Shown: positions 1 to 7,480 of the stretch, piece after piece
How the letters are laid out: the number at the start of each line of letters is the position of its first letter
Numbering within the stretch: position 1 is the first letter of the stretch
Source of the DNA: a virus
Lineage: Duplodnaviria > Caudoviricetes
Virus record (IMG/VR): IMGVR_UViG_3300020576_003495
Coordinates: 1-64,000 of that record
Length of the DNA stretch: 64,000 nt
Reading direction: 5' to 3' (one strand)
Translations under genes and position numbers: made by a program
Notes under the pieces: model-generated
Database searches by the model: none
What the model was told of the DNA's origin: nothing
The model's input: only the letters and a program-made list of their open reading frames with translations

Positions 1-168
1 CGCACACGCTTTCGCGTGGGTAAAGAAGGCTTCATTTTCAAGAAGACCGTACTGATTCTTGAGGTCGAAGAAGTTTATACGGAAGACATAGTTAATGTGC
101 CTTACACCAGTTGGCGTGATGCTACGCTTGCGGACGTTACCGTATCAAGGGAAACAGGGAAGGAATAA
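1..168 (+). CDS. partial (5'-truncated) phage hypothetical protein
   Basis: Frame 1 open from window start to TAA at 166-168 (...SWRDATLADVTVSRETGKE*), followed by the 174 gene. Confidence 0.6.
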   Translation, partial: RTRFRVGKEGFIFKKTVLILEVEEVYTEDIVNVPYTSWRDATLADVTVSRETGKE

Positions 169-173
169 AACGA

Positions 174-599
174 ATGAAAACACTTGAACAAATCAGATTG
201 CAGTACAAGTCAGAAACGCTGGGTGGTCGGGACATGGCGCGTCTGTGTCAGTTCATCCCCGAGTTTGAACTGGCTTCGTTCGGTCTGGAACTGAAACCTG
301 AATTCGTCGGCAAGCACGTTGCACTTGATTTCACGCGGGAAAATGTCCTTGCACAGTTGAAGGATGACGTTGAGTTCGGTTTTGAAAAGGCGCTCAACAA
401 GCGGGGGATCAGTGCTGGCTTGATGTACGAAGTCGTTGAAATGTGGAACTGGATTCTCGAAGAAGGGCTTGAAGGCTTCGAGGACTACGCTCAGTACGGT
501 CTTCCATTGTTCAAGGCTACAGCAGTGAAGTACGGCTTCCCTAACCCTATCGGGGACGATGTTGGGGACGAAGACAAATATTCGAGTGGGTATGACTGA
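174..599 (+). CDS. phage hypothetical protein
   Basis: 141-aa ORF, AAGGA RBS upstream, tightly packed. Confidence 0.75.
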   Translation: MKTLEQIRLQYKSETLGGRDMARLCQFIPEFELASFGLELKPEFVGKHVALDFTRENVLAQLKDDVEFGFEKALNKRGISAGLMYEVVEMWNWILEEGLEGFEDYAQYGLPLFKATAVKYGFPNPIGDDVGDEDKYSSGYD

Positions 600-601
600 T
601 T

Positions 602-853
602 ATGAATCTAATAAAACGTGTGTGGTGCTTCCTGTCGCGTGGTCGGCTGGTTTGGTTGAAAGACTACGATAGCGACATTACCTTAGCCATTGCCCGAAAA
701 GATGTGTGGGGCATGTGGAATGCCGAGAGATGGTGGCCGTTTAGCGTAACAAATTGCGTGCTCAAGGATGACGGTTCTGTACTACAACCGAACTACGTTA
801 CGCTATGGAAAGACGCCAAGAATCCTACAGAAAAACCGGAGTTTAAAAACTGA
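602..853 (+). CDS. phage hypothetical protein
   Basis: 83-aa ORF in tight operon. Confidence 0.65.
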   Translation: MNLIKRVWCFLSRGRLVWLKDYDSDITLAIARKDVWGMWNAERWWPFSVTNCVLKDDGSVLQPNYVTLWKDAKNPTEKPEFKN

Positions 854-936
854 TGGACGCTGATGACGTTAAAGCGCTATCGTGTGCTATTGAAAACTCG
901 GTGTCAGACAGAATTTTTGTGTTCGGGAGCAATTAG
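853..936 (+). pseudogene. orphaned original N-terminus of the FVFGSN-family gene at 1645
   Basis: MDADDVKALSCAIENSVSDRIFVFGSN*; translationally coupled (TGATG) to the 602 gene; TTTGTGTTCGGGAGCAATT matches TTTGTATTCGGGAGCAATT at about 1660. Confidence 0.75.
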
Positions 937-939
937 CCG

Positions 940-969
940 TTGCTTCTTATTTGTCTTTGGGTGTATAGT
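940..969 (+). promoter_or_regulatory. putative sigma70 promoter of the HNH cassette
   Basis: TTGCTT-18 bp-TATAGT upstream of ATG 1002. Confidence 0.45.
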
Positions 970-1001
970 AGCTAGGTTTCCAAACACGGATTAGTTTGCA
1001 C

Positions 1002-1655
1002 ATGCCAGCACGCATTATCTATAAAAAGGGGGATTTGATTCCCAACACTAGGCTAACGTACCAGTATGAACTACCTTCGTATAAAAACCGTCGTCAAGCC
1101 GTGTTTCTATGCTCTTGCGGGACTGTGATTGAGGCTACCGTCAATTGGGTTAGGTTTTTAAACATAACATCGTGTGGTTGTTATAGGTCTGAACTTGTTG
1201 CTGCCAAGAACACTAAGCATTCTAATGCTATTCGTGGTGCCCAATCAGGTGCCTATCGTTCATGGCAAGCGATGCACCAACGGGTTATAGTTAACCCACG
1301 GTACGCCCATGTTAAAGTGTGCGATAGATGGTCTGGTGATGATGGGTTCACTAATTTCTTGGCAGACATGGGAGAGCGACCGCATAAGCACACGATTGAA
1401 CGTAATGACAACGCTAAAGGCTACGAGCCTAGTAATTGTAGGTGGGCAACTAAGCTAGAACAAGCACAGAATCAATCACACACAGCCCGTGTAGTGATGG
1501 GTGATGAGACACACTCAATTGGCGAGTGGTGCCGTATAAAAGGGATCAGGTACGGTTTAGTAAAAGAACGTCGTAGGACAGGTATGACGCTAGAAGATTC
1601 CATTATGACGCCAATAAATACATCAAAACAGAGGTTTAAATGCAATGACAAGTAG
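1002..1655 (+). CDS. free-standing HNH homing endonuclease
   Basis: CSCG...SCGC N-terminus, SWQAMHQR, DMGERP..TIERNDNAKGYEPSNCRWAT motifs. Confidence 0.85.
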   Translation: MPARIIYKKGDLIPNTRLTYQYELPSYKNRRQAVFLCSCGTVIEATVNWVRFLNITSCGCYRSELVAAKNTKHSNAIRGAQSGAYRSWQAMHQRVIVNPRYAHVKVCDRWSGDDGFTNFLADMGERPHKHTIERNDNAKGYEPSNCRWATKLEQAQNQSHTARVVMGDETHSIGEWCRIKGIRYGLVKERRRTGMTLEDSIMTPINTSKQRFKCNDK

Positions 1656-2031
1656 GTGCTTTGTATTCGGGAGCAATTTTGATGGCCGTCATGGTAAGGG
1701 TGCAGCACTCTACGCCAAGCTTAACTACGGGGCTGTATACGGCGTTGGCGTGGGTAGAACAGGTAATGCCTATGCTATCCCCACTAAAGACGGACGACTG
1801 AGGACGCTCCCCCTGACCGTTATCAAGCAGTACGTGGACGGCTTTGTTGAGTATGCCAAAGCTAACCCCGACCTTGAGTTTAATGTCACGCGGGTAGGCT
1901 GCGGACTCGCAAATTTATGTGATAGCGCGGTAGCGCCCCTATTTTCTAGCGCATCAGAAAACTGCTTTTTTGACGAGTTTTGGAGAACCTACTTAGGCGA
2001 TTCTAAAAATTATTGGGGCACCTACGCATGA
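1645..2031 (+). CDS. conserved phage protein, FVFGSN..GRHG.GAA family (A1S_2505-like, possibly macrodomain-related)
   Basis: FVFGSNxxGRHGKGAA, YAIPTK, F.VTRVGCGLA motifs. Confidence 0.8.
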   Translation: MTSRCFVFGSNFDGRHGKGAALYAKLNYGAVYGVGVGRTGNAYAIPTKDGRLRTLPLTVIKQYVDGFVEYAKANPDLEFNVTRVGCGLANLCDSAVAPLFSSASENCFFDEFWRTYLGDSKNYWGTYA

Positions 2032-2654
2032 TAGGAAAAACATTCGGAAGGCTTACGGTAGTAGCACCGGCAGCTAAAACAGACAGGCACCTTAAATGGG
2101 AGTGCTTATGCGTCTGTGGAAACTTAACAAAAGTGCGAGCGTCGTCCTTAAGGACGGGAATAACAACATCCTGCGGTTGCGCCAACAGGGATGCAGTAAC
2201 CACACACGGGGGTAAAAAAACAAGGCTATATCAAACGTGGATAAACATGCGAAGACGCTGCACCGACACAAAAGCAACAGACTATAAGAATTATGGTGCG
2301 TTGGGCATTACTTACGCGCACACTTGGGACAATTTTGCTGTTTTTAGAGAGTGGGCGATTAAAGCGGGATACACAGATGAACTAACAATTGATAGAATAC
2401 ATGTAGAAGGTAATTACGAACCTGATAACTGCAAGTGGTCTGATTGGAACACTCAAGCCGCAAACCAAAGAAAAGCAGCGAACACGTCTTCAAAATACTT
2501 AGGTGTATCTTTAAGAGGAAGTAAGTGGGAGGCTTCCATAAAGCGTAGTGGTGTAGCGTACTACGTCGGGACGTTTGATACAGAACTTGAAGCAGCTATT
2601 GCAAGGGACGACTTCATAAAAACAAATAACTGGCCGCACAAGTTAAATTTTTAG
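2028..2654 (+). CDS. HNH homing endonuclease with C-terminal AP2 DNA-binding domain
   Basis: GKTFGRLTV, WINMRRRC, TIDRIHVEGNYEPDNCKW; SKYLGVS..WEASI..VGTFDTELEAAIARD (AP2). Confidence 0.88.
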   Translation: MIGKTFGRLTVVAPAAKTDRHLKWECLCVCGNLTKVRASSLRTGITTSCGCANRDAVTTHGGKKTRLYQTWINMRRRCTDTKATDYKNYGALGITYAHTWDNFAVFREWAIKAGYTDELTIDRIHVEGNYEPDNCKWSDWNTQAANQRKAANTSSKYLGVSLRGSKWEASIKRSGVAYYVGTFDTELEAAIARDDFIKTNNWPHKLNF

Positions 2655-2659
2655 CCTGA

Positions 2660-2755
2660 GTGGCCGGGTATTCCGACGAACAAATCGCACCGATGTTCAA
2701 AAAATCCCCCAAGAACTGTACTTTACCTGAAGGTTGGAGAAAGCTATGTCAATAA
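2660..2755 (+). pseudogene. orphaned original C-terminus of the FVFGSN-family gene
   Basis: Translates (V)AGYSDEQIAPMFKKSPKNCTLPEGWRKLCQ*, the family-typical continuation of GCGLA. Confidence 0.75.
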
Positions 2756-2979
2756 GTCTTGAAGGTGTCTCTTTGAACGTGTTGGAACACTTGAAGGTGA
2801 AGAACGGCTACAAGGAAAAAACTCCACAGTGCTCTGACTGTACGTATTTCATAGCAGACCCTGACAGGGTGAGCCTGACGGAGCGCAACAGGTGCGGAAG
2901 GAACCCCGACATTTACTTTCCCGTATCGTGCACGGCTGTTTGCCTAAAATGGGTGGCACGCCTTGACAAACCGTTCTGA
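2746..2979 (+). CDS. small Cys-rich hypothetical protein
   Basis: CSDC...C..C motif; GGAG RBS before ATG 2746. Confidence 0.6.
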   Translation: MSISLEGVSLNVLEHLKVKNGYKEKTPQCSDCTYFIADPDRVSLTERNRCGRNPDIYFPVSCTAVCLKWVARLDKPF

Positions 2980-2991
2980 TTGTTGTAGCAT
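2963..2991 (+). promoter_or_regulatory. phage sigma70-like promoter (TTGACAAA class)
   Basis: TTGACA-17-TAGCAT, followed by ACGGAGG RBS. Confidence 0.75.
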
Positions 2992-3014
2992 GTAGTTTCT
3001 AACACGGAGGTTAT

Positions 3015-3275
3015 ATGGATCATCTGCAACAAGTCAGTCTAAAGGATTGTACTTACTACAAGGAAACAGGCGTGTTGACGCTTGCAAGTAATTTCCTTTC
3101 GGGCGGTTTCCCTGAGTTTATCAAGGTGGTCAGTCATCGCACGGGCGGGTCTATCGTCTTTGAACAAGACGCTGAAGCGGCTATCGCCAACGAATTTTGG
3201 GACGGGGAGATGTGCGAGTACAAGCCACACTCCGATAACAACCGTGTATCTAAGCTGGTCGTCCATACTATTTAA
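3015..3275 (+). CDS. phage hypothetical protein
   Basis: 86 aa, strong GGAGG RBS. Confidence 0.75.
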   Translation: MDHLQQVSLKDCTYYKETGVLTLASNFLSGGFPEFIKVVSHRTGGSIVFEQDAEAAIANEFWDGEMCEYKPHSDNNRVSKLVVHTI

Positions 3276-3284
3276 GGAATACAC

Positions 3285-3983
3285 ATGACACGAAAATACG
3301 AAAAACCTAAGATTACGCCTGACACTTCGATGCACAGTGGGGATGTGTATTCTCACCCGGCCTACGGTCTGGTTACGCTGTCTCAAACAACAGGGGGCAG
3401 TACAACCTTGTTCGGATCAGACATCGGGCATAACGCGGCGATGCGAATTCAAGTGCAGCGTGCAGAACTGCGGCGTGACTTAGGGCGTGATTGGGTTTTC
3501 GGTAAAGACATTTTGTGTGAGTTTGAAATGTCACACGCTCAATTTGCACAGTTCATTACGTCGCAAGGCAATGGATCAGGCACACCGATTACCTTGCTGT
3601 ACGCTGCTCCCCCGAAGGCTGGTCTTGAGGTTATCCCCGCCATTGAACATATCCAATCCAAAGCGGATTTACACCGTGACGAAATTGGGCGTTCTTCTGC
3701 GGAACAAATCCAGAAGATCACTGAAGAACTGGCCGCAATCAATGTTTTGGTTGAATCAGGAACGATCCCCAAAAAGGCGCTGAAAGAGCGGTTGTTTTCT
3801 CTTAACTGCCACGTGAAAAACCTGCCGGGGAACCTTGAGTATTCGGTTAAGGCGGCTGAAGTGGCTCTTGAAAAGGCGACCAGTGACGCAAAAATAGAAG
3901 TCGAGTCCTACAGCCAAATGACAGCACATCGTCTGGGGCTGGATTCCATTTCAAAACTGGCTCAACTCGAAAACAAGGCATGA
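3285..3983 (+). CDS. conserved phage hypothetical protein
   Basis: 232 aa, HPAYG..LFGSDIGH..EFEMSHAQFAQFITS.G.G.GTPIT motifs, AAGGA RBS. Confidence 0.8.
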   Translation: MTRKYEKPKITPDTSMHSGDVYSHPAYGLVTLSQTTGGSTTLFGSDIGHNAAMRIQVQRAELRRDLGRDWVFGKDILCEFEMSHAQFAQFITSQGNGSGTPITLLYAAPPKAGLEVIPAIEHIQSKADLHRDEIGRSSAEQIQKITEELAAINVLVESGTIPKKALKERLFSLNCHVKNLPGNLEYSVKAAEVALEKATSDAKIEVESYSQMTAHRLGLDSISKLAQLENKA

Positions 3984-4342
3984 GAACAATCATCGCGGGT
4001 AGCCGTGGATGCTACGACAAGAGGGAACTGCTACGGGCGTTGAAGCTATGTGGCTGGACGCCCACGGTAGTCATCAGCGGAACTGCCCGTGGTGTGGATC
4101 AGATGGGCGAAGCATGGGCGATGGAGTTCGGTGTTCCGTGCGAGCAGTTCCCTGCGAATTGGGAACGCTATGGAAAAAGGGCAGGGCATATCAGGAATGA
4201 TGAAATGTCAAAGCACGCTGAAGCCCTGATTGCATTGTGGGATGGGGACAGCAAAGGCACCAAGGGGATGATTGATAGTGCCAGACGTAGGGGCTTGCGT
4301 GTGTACGTCCATAAACTATGGAGTGATGATGACGGATCGTGA
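3980..4342 (+). CDS. SLOG-family (DUF2493/YspA-like) protein
   Basis: IIAGSRG, VISGTARGVD, PANWERYGKRAGHIRN, ALWDGDSKGTKGMI. Confidence 0.85.
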   Translation: MRTIIAGSRGCYDKRELLRALKLCGWTPTVVISGTARGVDQMGEAWAMEFGVPCEQFPANWERYGKRAGHIRNDEMSKHAEALIALWDGDSKGTKGMIDSARRRGLRVYVHKLWSDDDGS

Positions 4343-4895
4343 AACTACGCCACTGTATGATCAATGGTTGTGGCGAGTCTACAACCTTGGATTTCCTGAT
4401 GGTCACGAGAATGGCCCGAATACATGGGGGGACTGGCAAATCATAAGCGCGGAAGATGCACTACGCCTAGCGGCTGATGACGCTGGAAGACGCTACGAGT
4501 TTGTACCTTATACACCTTGCAGACCAAGCAATACCGACATTGATGCCCACAATAAGAAAGGATTGCAAGTGACGGATCGTGAACTATTAGAAGCGGCTGC
4601 GATTGCCATGGATTATATCTACGTACAGGAGAACAAAAAGTTCCCCGTCGACGGTATGATGCTGATCAATGGGGATGTATGGAATCCGCTGAAGAACTTG
4701 GGGGATCGCTACGAGTTGATCAAAACCTTGCGCTTGAACATTGATTTTCCTGACCAGTGCGTATGGAAGCGTCTTCCCGACAGAACTTTGATCCAAGAAT
4801 TCTGGCATGAAGAAGGTGATGACGCTGACCCTGACCTTGGTGATGAAGCACACGCCGTTTTGCGTGCTGCGTTTGAAGTGGGAAGAAGAAAATGA
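4326..4895 (+). CDS. phage hypothetical protein (possible fusion; internal start GTG 4569)
   Basis: MTDRETT... and internal VTDRELLEAAA..WNPL. Confidence 0.65.
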   Translation: MMTDRETTPLYDQWLWRVYNLGFPDGHENGPNTWGDWQIISAEDALRLAADDAGRRYEFVPYTPCRPSNTDIDAHNKKGLQVTDRELLEAAAIAMDYIYVQENKKFPVDGMMLINGDVWNPLKNLGDRYELIKTLRLNIDFPDQCVWKRLPDRTLIQEFWHEEGDDADPDLGDEAHAVLRAAFEVGRRK

Positions 4896-5107
4896 CAATA
4901 CAAACTGAAGAACTACGAGCCGCTATACTCAATGCACGGGCGGCAAGCCTCAACGCTGAAATTGCGGGGATGGTGTCTGAAAATGAATTGCGTAGGTCAA
5001 CAGGGCAAACGTTAGCCTATGATGAAAAGGCTTTCCAGTTCGCTATCGAATACAATCGCATGGGCGAGAACAGCATTATCAACTTAGCCGTACACGGGGA
5101 GCTATAA
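4892..5107 (+). CDS. phage hypothetical protein
   Basis: 71 aa, ATGA coupling. Confidence 0.65.
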   Translation: MTIQTEELRAAILNARAASLNAEIAGMVSENELRRSTGQTLAYDEKAFQFAIEYNRMGENSIINLAVHGEL

Positions 5108-5517
5108 TGGCAATCACAATCACAGATGATCAGATTAAGCGGTGGATAGAAGACGGGATACAAGGGGCGTTGACTTCCATGCTCAAGGACAGGTATGGTA
5201 CGGGTGCGCAGATAAAGACGGTCGTAGAAACCGCTATCAAGAAGGCGGAACCTAAGATTGTCAAGGTTATTGATGCTGGTCTGGCTAAAGTGTTCGCATC
5301 ACCTGAATTCAATGCCAAGCTGGAAAATGACATCTCCATAGCACTGCGGAAAGAAATTTCAGACACGCTGGCGTCACAGTATCGGGGGGCTTTTACTGGT
5401 GTTATACGTGCCGCAGCGAAAGCATCGGCGCACAACGAAATCATTGCTCAGCGGGTGGTTGAACTGACGCAAGCAGGGATAACGAAATCAGTAACCACTG
5501 CCCACGGGGAGCTATAA
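5093..5517 (+). repeat. 15-bp direct repeat CACGGGGAGCTATAA flanking one gene
   Basis: Exact copies at 5093-5107 and 5503-5517. Confidence 0.8.
5107..5517 (+). CDS. phage hypothetical protein
   Basis: 136 aa, GGGGAG RBS. Confidence 0.7.
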   Translation: MAITITDDQIKRWIEDGIQGALTSMLKDRYGTGAQIKTVVETAIKKAEPKIVKVIDAGLAKVFASPEFNAKLENDISIALRKEISDTLASQYRGAFTGVIRAAAKASAHNEIIAQRVVELTQAGITKSVTTAHGEL

Positions 5518-5742
5518 ATGAAAATCTCTATTGAGGTTGAACTGCAACCTTTTGATGTTCCTACGTCCGTGTACACGGTTGGACGCCCACGGCTTAAGCA
5601 GGAAGGCTTTTCTGTAAAGGAATCCATCCCTTTAGCCGAGTTGGATTCAGCCACTCTTGAAAGTCTCTGCCAAGAGTTTCGACGCGGCGTGTTTTCGAGA
5701 GCGGGGAGAGACTTGCCTGATACTTCGGGTGGCACGTCATGA
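5518..5742 (+). CDS. phage hypothetical protein
   Basis: 74 aa with RBS. Confidence 0.7.
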   Translation: MKISIEVELQPFDVPTSVYTVGRPRLKQEGFSVKESIPLAELDSATLESLCQEFRRGVFSRAGRDLPDTSGGTS

Positions 5743-5975
5743 TTACCCTTAATGGAAAGGAAATTAAAGACCTTGCTGAGTCAGTTGGCTTGGTTGTCAA
5801 AGACCTTGATTACACCGATGAATTCGAAACTGAAATGACGATCATCCCATGCCCTGAAGTGGGTGTGGCGAACGACGACGGCGAAGTTGAGCACTATCGG
5901 TTTGTGGCCTACCTTGATGAGTATCCAGAGGAAGGTGTGAATCCTTTGGGAGCTAAGATTGACCACACCGTATAG
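5739..5975 (+). CDS. acidic phage hypothetical protein
   Basis: 78 aa, ATGA coupling. Confidence 0.65.
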   Translation: MITLNGKEIKDLAESVGLVVKDLDYTDEFETEMTIIPCPEVGVANDDGEVEHYRFVAYLDEYPEEGVNPLGAKIDHTV

Positions 5976-6162
5976 TTACACTCCGCTCGAAATAGAACTG
6001 CTTGACCTTCTGGACGCGATGTTTACACGCTATGAAGATGGCGTGGCATGCTACGGCAACCCAGAACATCTGGAAGATTTTATGGGGTATGCTATCCATC
6101 TTGATGATGCAACCTTCAAGAAGATAGCTGACGTTCTCAACGAGAACAAACCAAGGCAGTAG
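5959..6162 (+). CDS. phage hypothetical protein
   Basis: 67 aa, GGGAG upstream of TTG. Confidence 0.5.
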   Translation: MTTPYSYTPLEIELLDLLDAMFTRYEDGVACYGNPEHLEDFMGYAIHLDDATFKKIADVLNENKPRQ

Positions 6163-6219
6163 TGAACAGGAAGCCAAGAACAGGTAAAATGGCATATCAT
6201 CCACTGTTAAGAGGGTTTT

Positions 6220-6516
6220 ATGTCAAAGCTACTGAAGTCTGACCTTCCTGCTTTTAAAGACTGGCTTTCCCACCAAGGAATACGATTCATTGAGGGCAAG
6301 GGTGAATTCAAGGTGTTAAGCGTGATGACCAGCACAGGGTCACACCACTTGTTTGAGAAGCCTAATACCCACGATTACTATGTGGTGACAAAGTACCTTG
6401 CCCCGCTTTTACGTGGCTTTTTACATTATCAAGATGGCGAAAAACAAAAAACCCCGCAAGCAATACAAGCCACGGATTCAGGATCAGAACAAGCCAGTTT
6501 CAAAGAAGCGGCTTAG
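6220..6516 (+). CDS. phage hypothetical protein
   Basis: 98 aa, GAGG RBS. Confidence 0.6.
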   Translation: MSKLLKSDLPAFKDWLSHQGIRFIEGKGEFKVLSVMTSTGSHHLFEKPNTHDYYVVTKYLAPLLRGFLHYQDGEKQKTPQAIQATDSGSEQASFKEAA

Positions 6517-6883
6517 CGCTTTTGTTTTTCCGATGGAGTATTTCTATCGGCAGATTCTTGACGACGCTGTTTTCCATGTCGGTGCTGATGTCGTCTTCCT
6601 TGATTGGGAAGGTGAGTACCTAGAAGTAGAGGCGGCAATGGAGAGTTGGTGCTCTGCTTTCGAGCGATTAGCCCACGACATGAGGGGCGATTTGAAATTA
6701 CTTGCAATCCGCAAGATGGGTAAGTGGCTTCGTGTGGGGACACCGATCCCCGACGATCTAATAAAAAACTTCAGAGAAGAATTGGATGCGTGTATTCGAC
6801 TATACTCATCCGCCCCCGCCTATCAAATCGTCAGAAGCATGAAGACTGAGCAGATCGCTATAGAACTTGGCGTGTATGGTTAA
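6434..6883 (+). CDS. phage hypothetical protein with basic N-terminus
   Basis: MAKNKKPRKQYKPR...; overlaps the previous gene. Confidence 0.65.
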   Translation: MAKNKKPRKQYKPRIQDQNKPVSKKRLSAFVFPMEYFYRQILDDAVFHVGADVVFLDWEGEYLEVEAAMESWCSAFERLAHDMRGDLKLLAIRKMGKWLRVGTPIPDDLIKNFREELDACIRLYSSAPAYQIVRSMKTEQIAIELGVYG

Positions 6884-7209
6884 ATGCTCGTCTTGTTCAA
6901 AGAAACGACCAAGCAACATACAAGGCTTTGTAGGCTGCGCTGATGAACCCGCATGGGTATCTAAGTCTCCCGTGCTAGAACGTGACTGTGGGGGCTATGT
7001 GGCCGCTCCTGTGCCCTGTTATAATGAGTTTTCCCTAACACCACCCGAGGTAAAATCCCCCAAGAGCAAAAAGCAGAAAACACCCCCAAGTCCTTTGTCC
7101 ATGCGGGTTCCTAGCCCGTTCTCCATGAAAGCGTGATAGTATTAGGAGATACCCTTACGGGGTATGATTCGATAGCGTCAATCGACGCCTAATACTCATT
7201 GGAGACTTC

Positions 7210-7479
7210 ATGAATAAAATTTACTACAGCGTGTTCACCAAAGGTGAGCAGATATGGATTTACGCTGACCTTGCCACGGTAGATCACGGCTGCTTGAGCT
7301 TCTTTGATGTGGATGAAAAGGTCAACATCCTGATCGCCACGTTCGCATCAGGACACTGGCAGTATTGCTATGAAGCTGACCCGGCCACAGGGGAATCCAT
7401 CCCTGAACAGATTCCGTTCTGGAAGCGGCACAATCAAAAAGTAGTTCCCCACGAAGTCAATCGCAAACCCATTCGGTAA
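7210..7479 (+). CDS. phage hypothetical protein
   Basis: 89 aa, GGAGA RBS. Confidence 0.7.
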   Translation: MNKIYYSVFTKGEQIWIYADLATVDHGCLSFFDVDEKVNILIATFASGHWQYCYEADPATGESIPEQIPFWKRHNQKVVPHEVNRKPIR

Positions 7480-7480
7480 C

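Noticed and set aside
937-2659. Group I introns around the HNH genes
   Set aside because: There is too little non-coding sequence for a ribozyme core, and the 1645 ORF is complete without splicing
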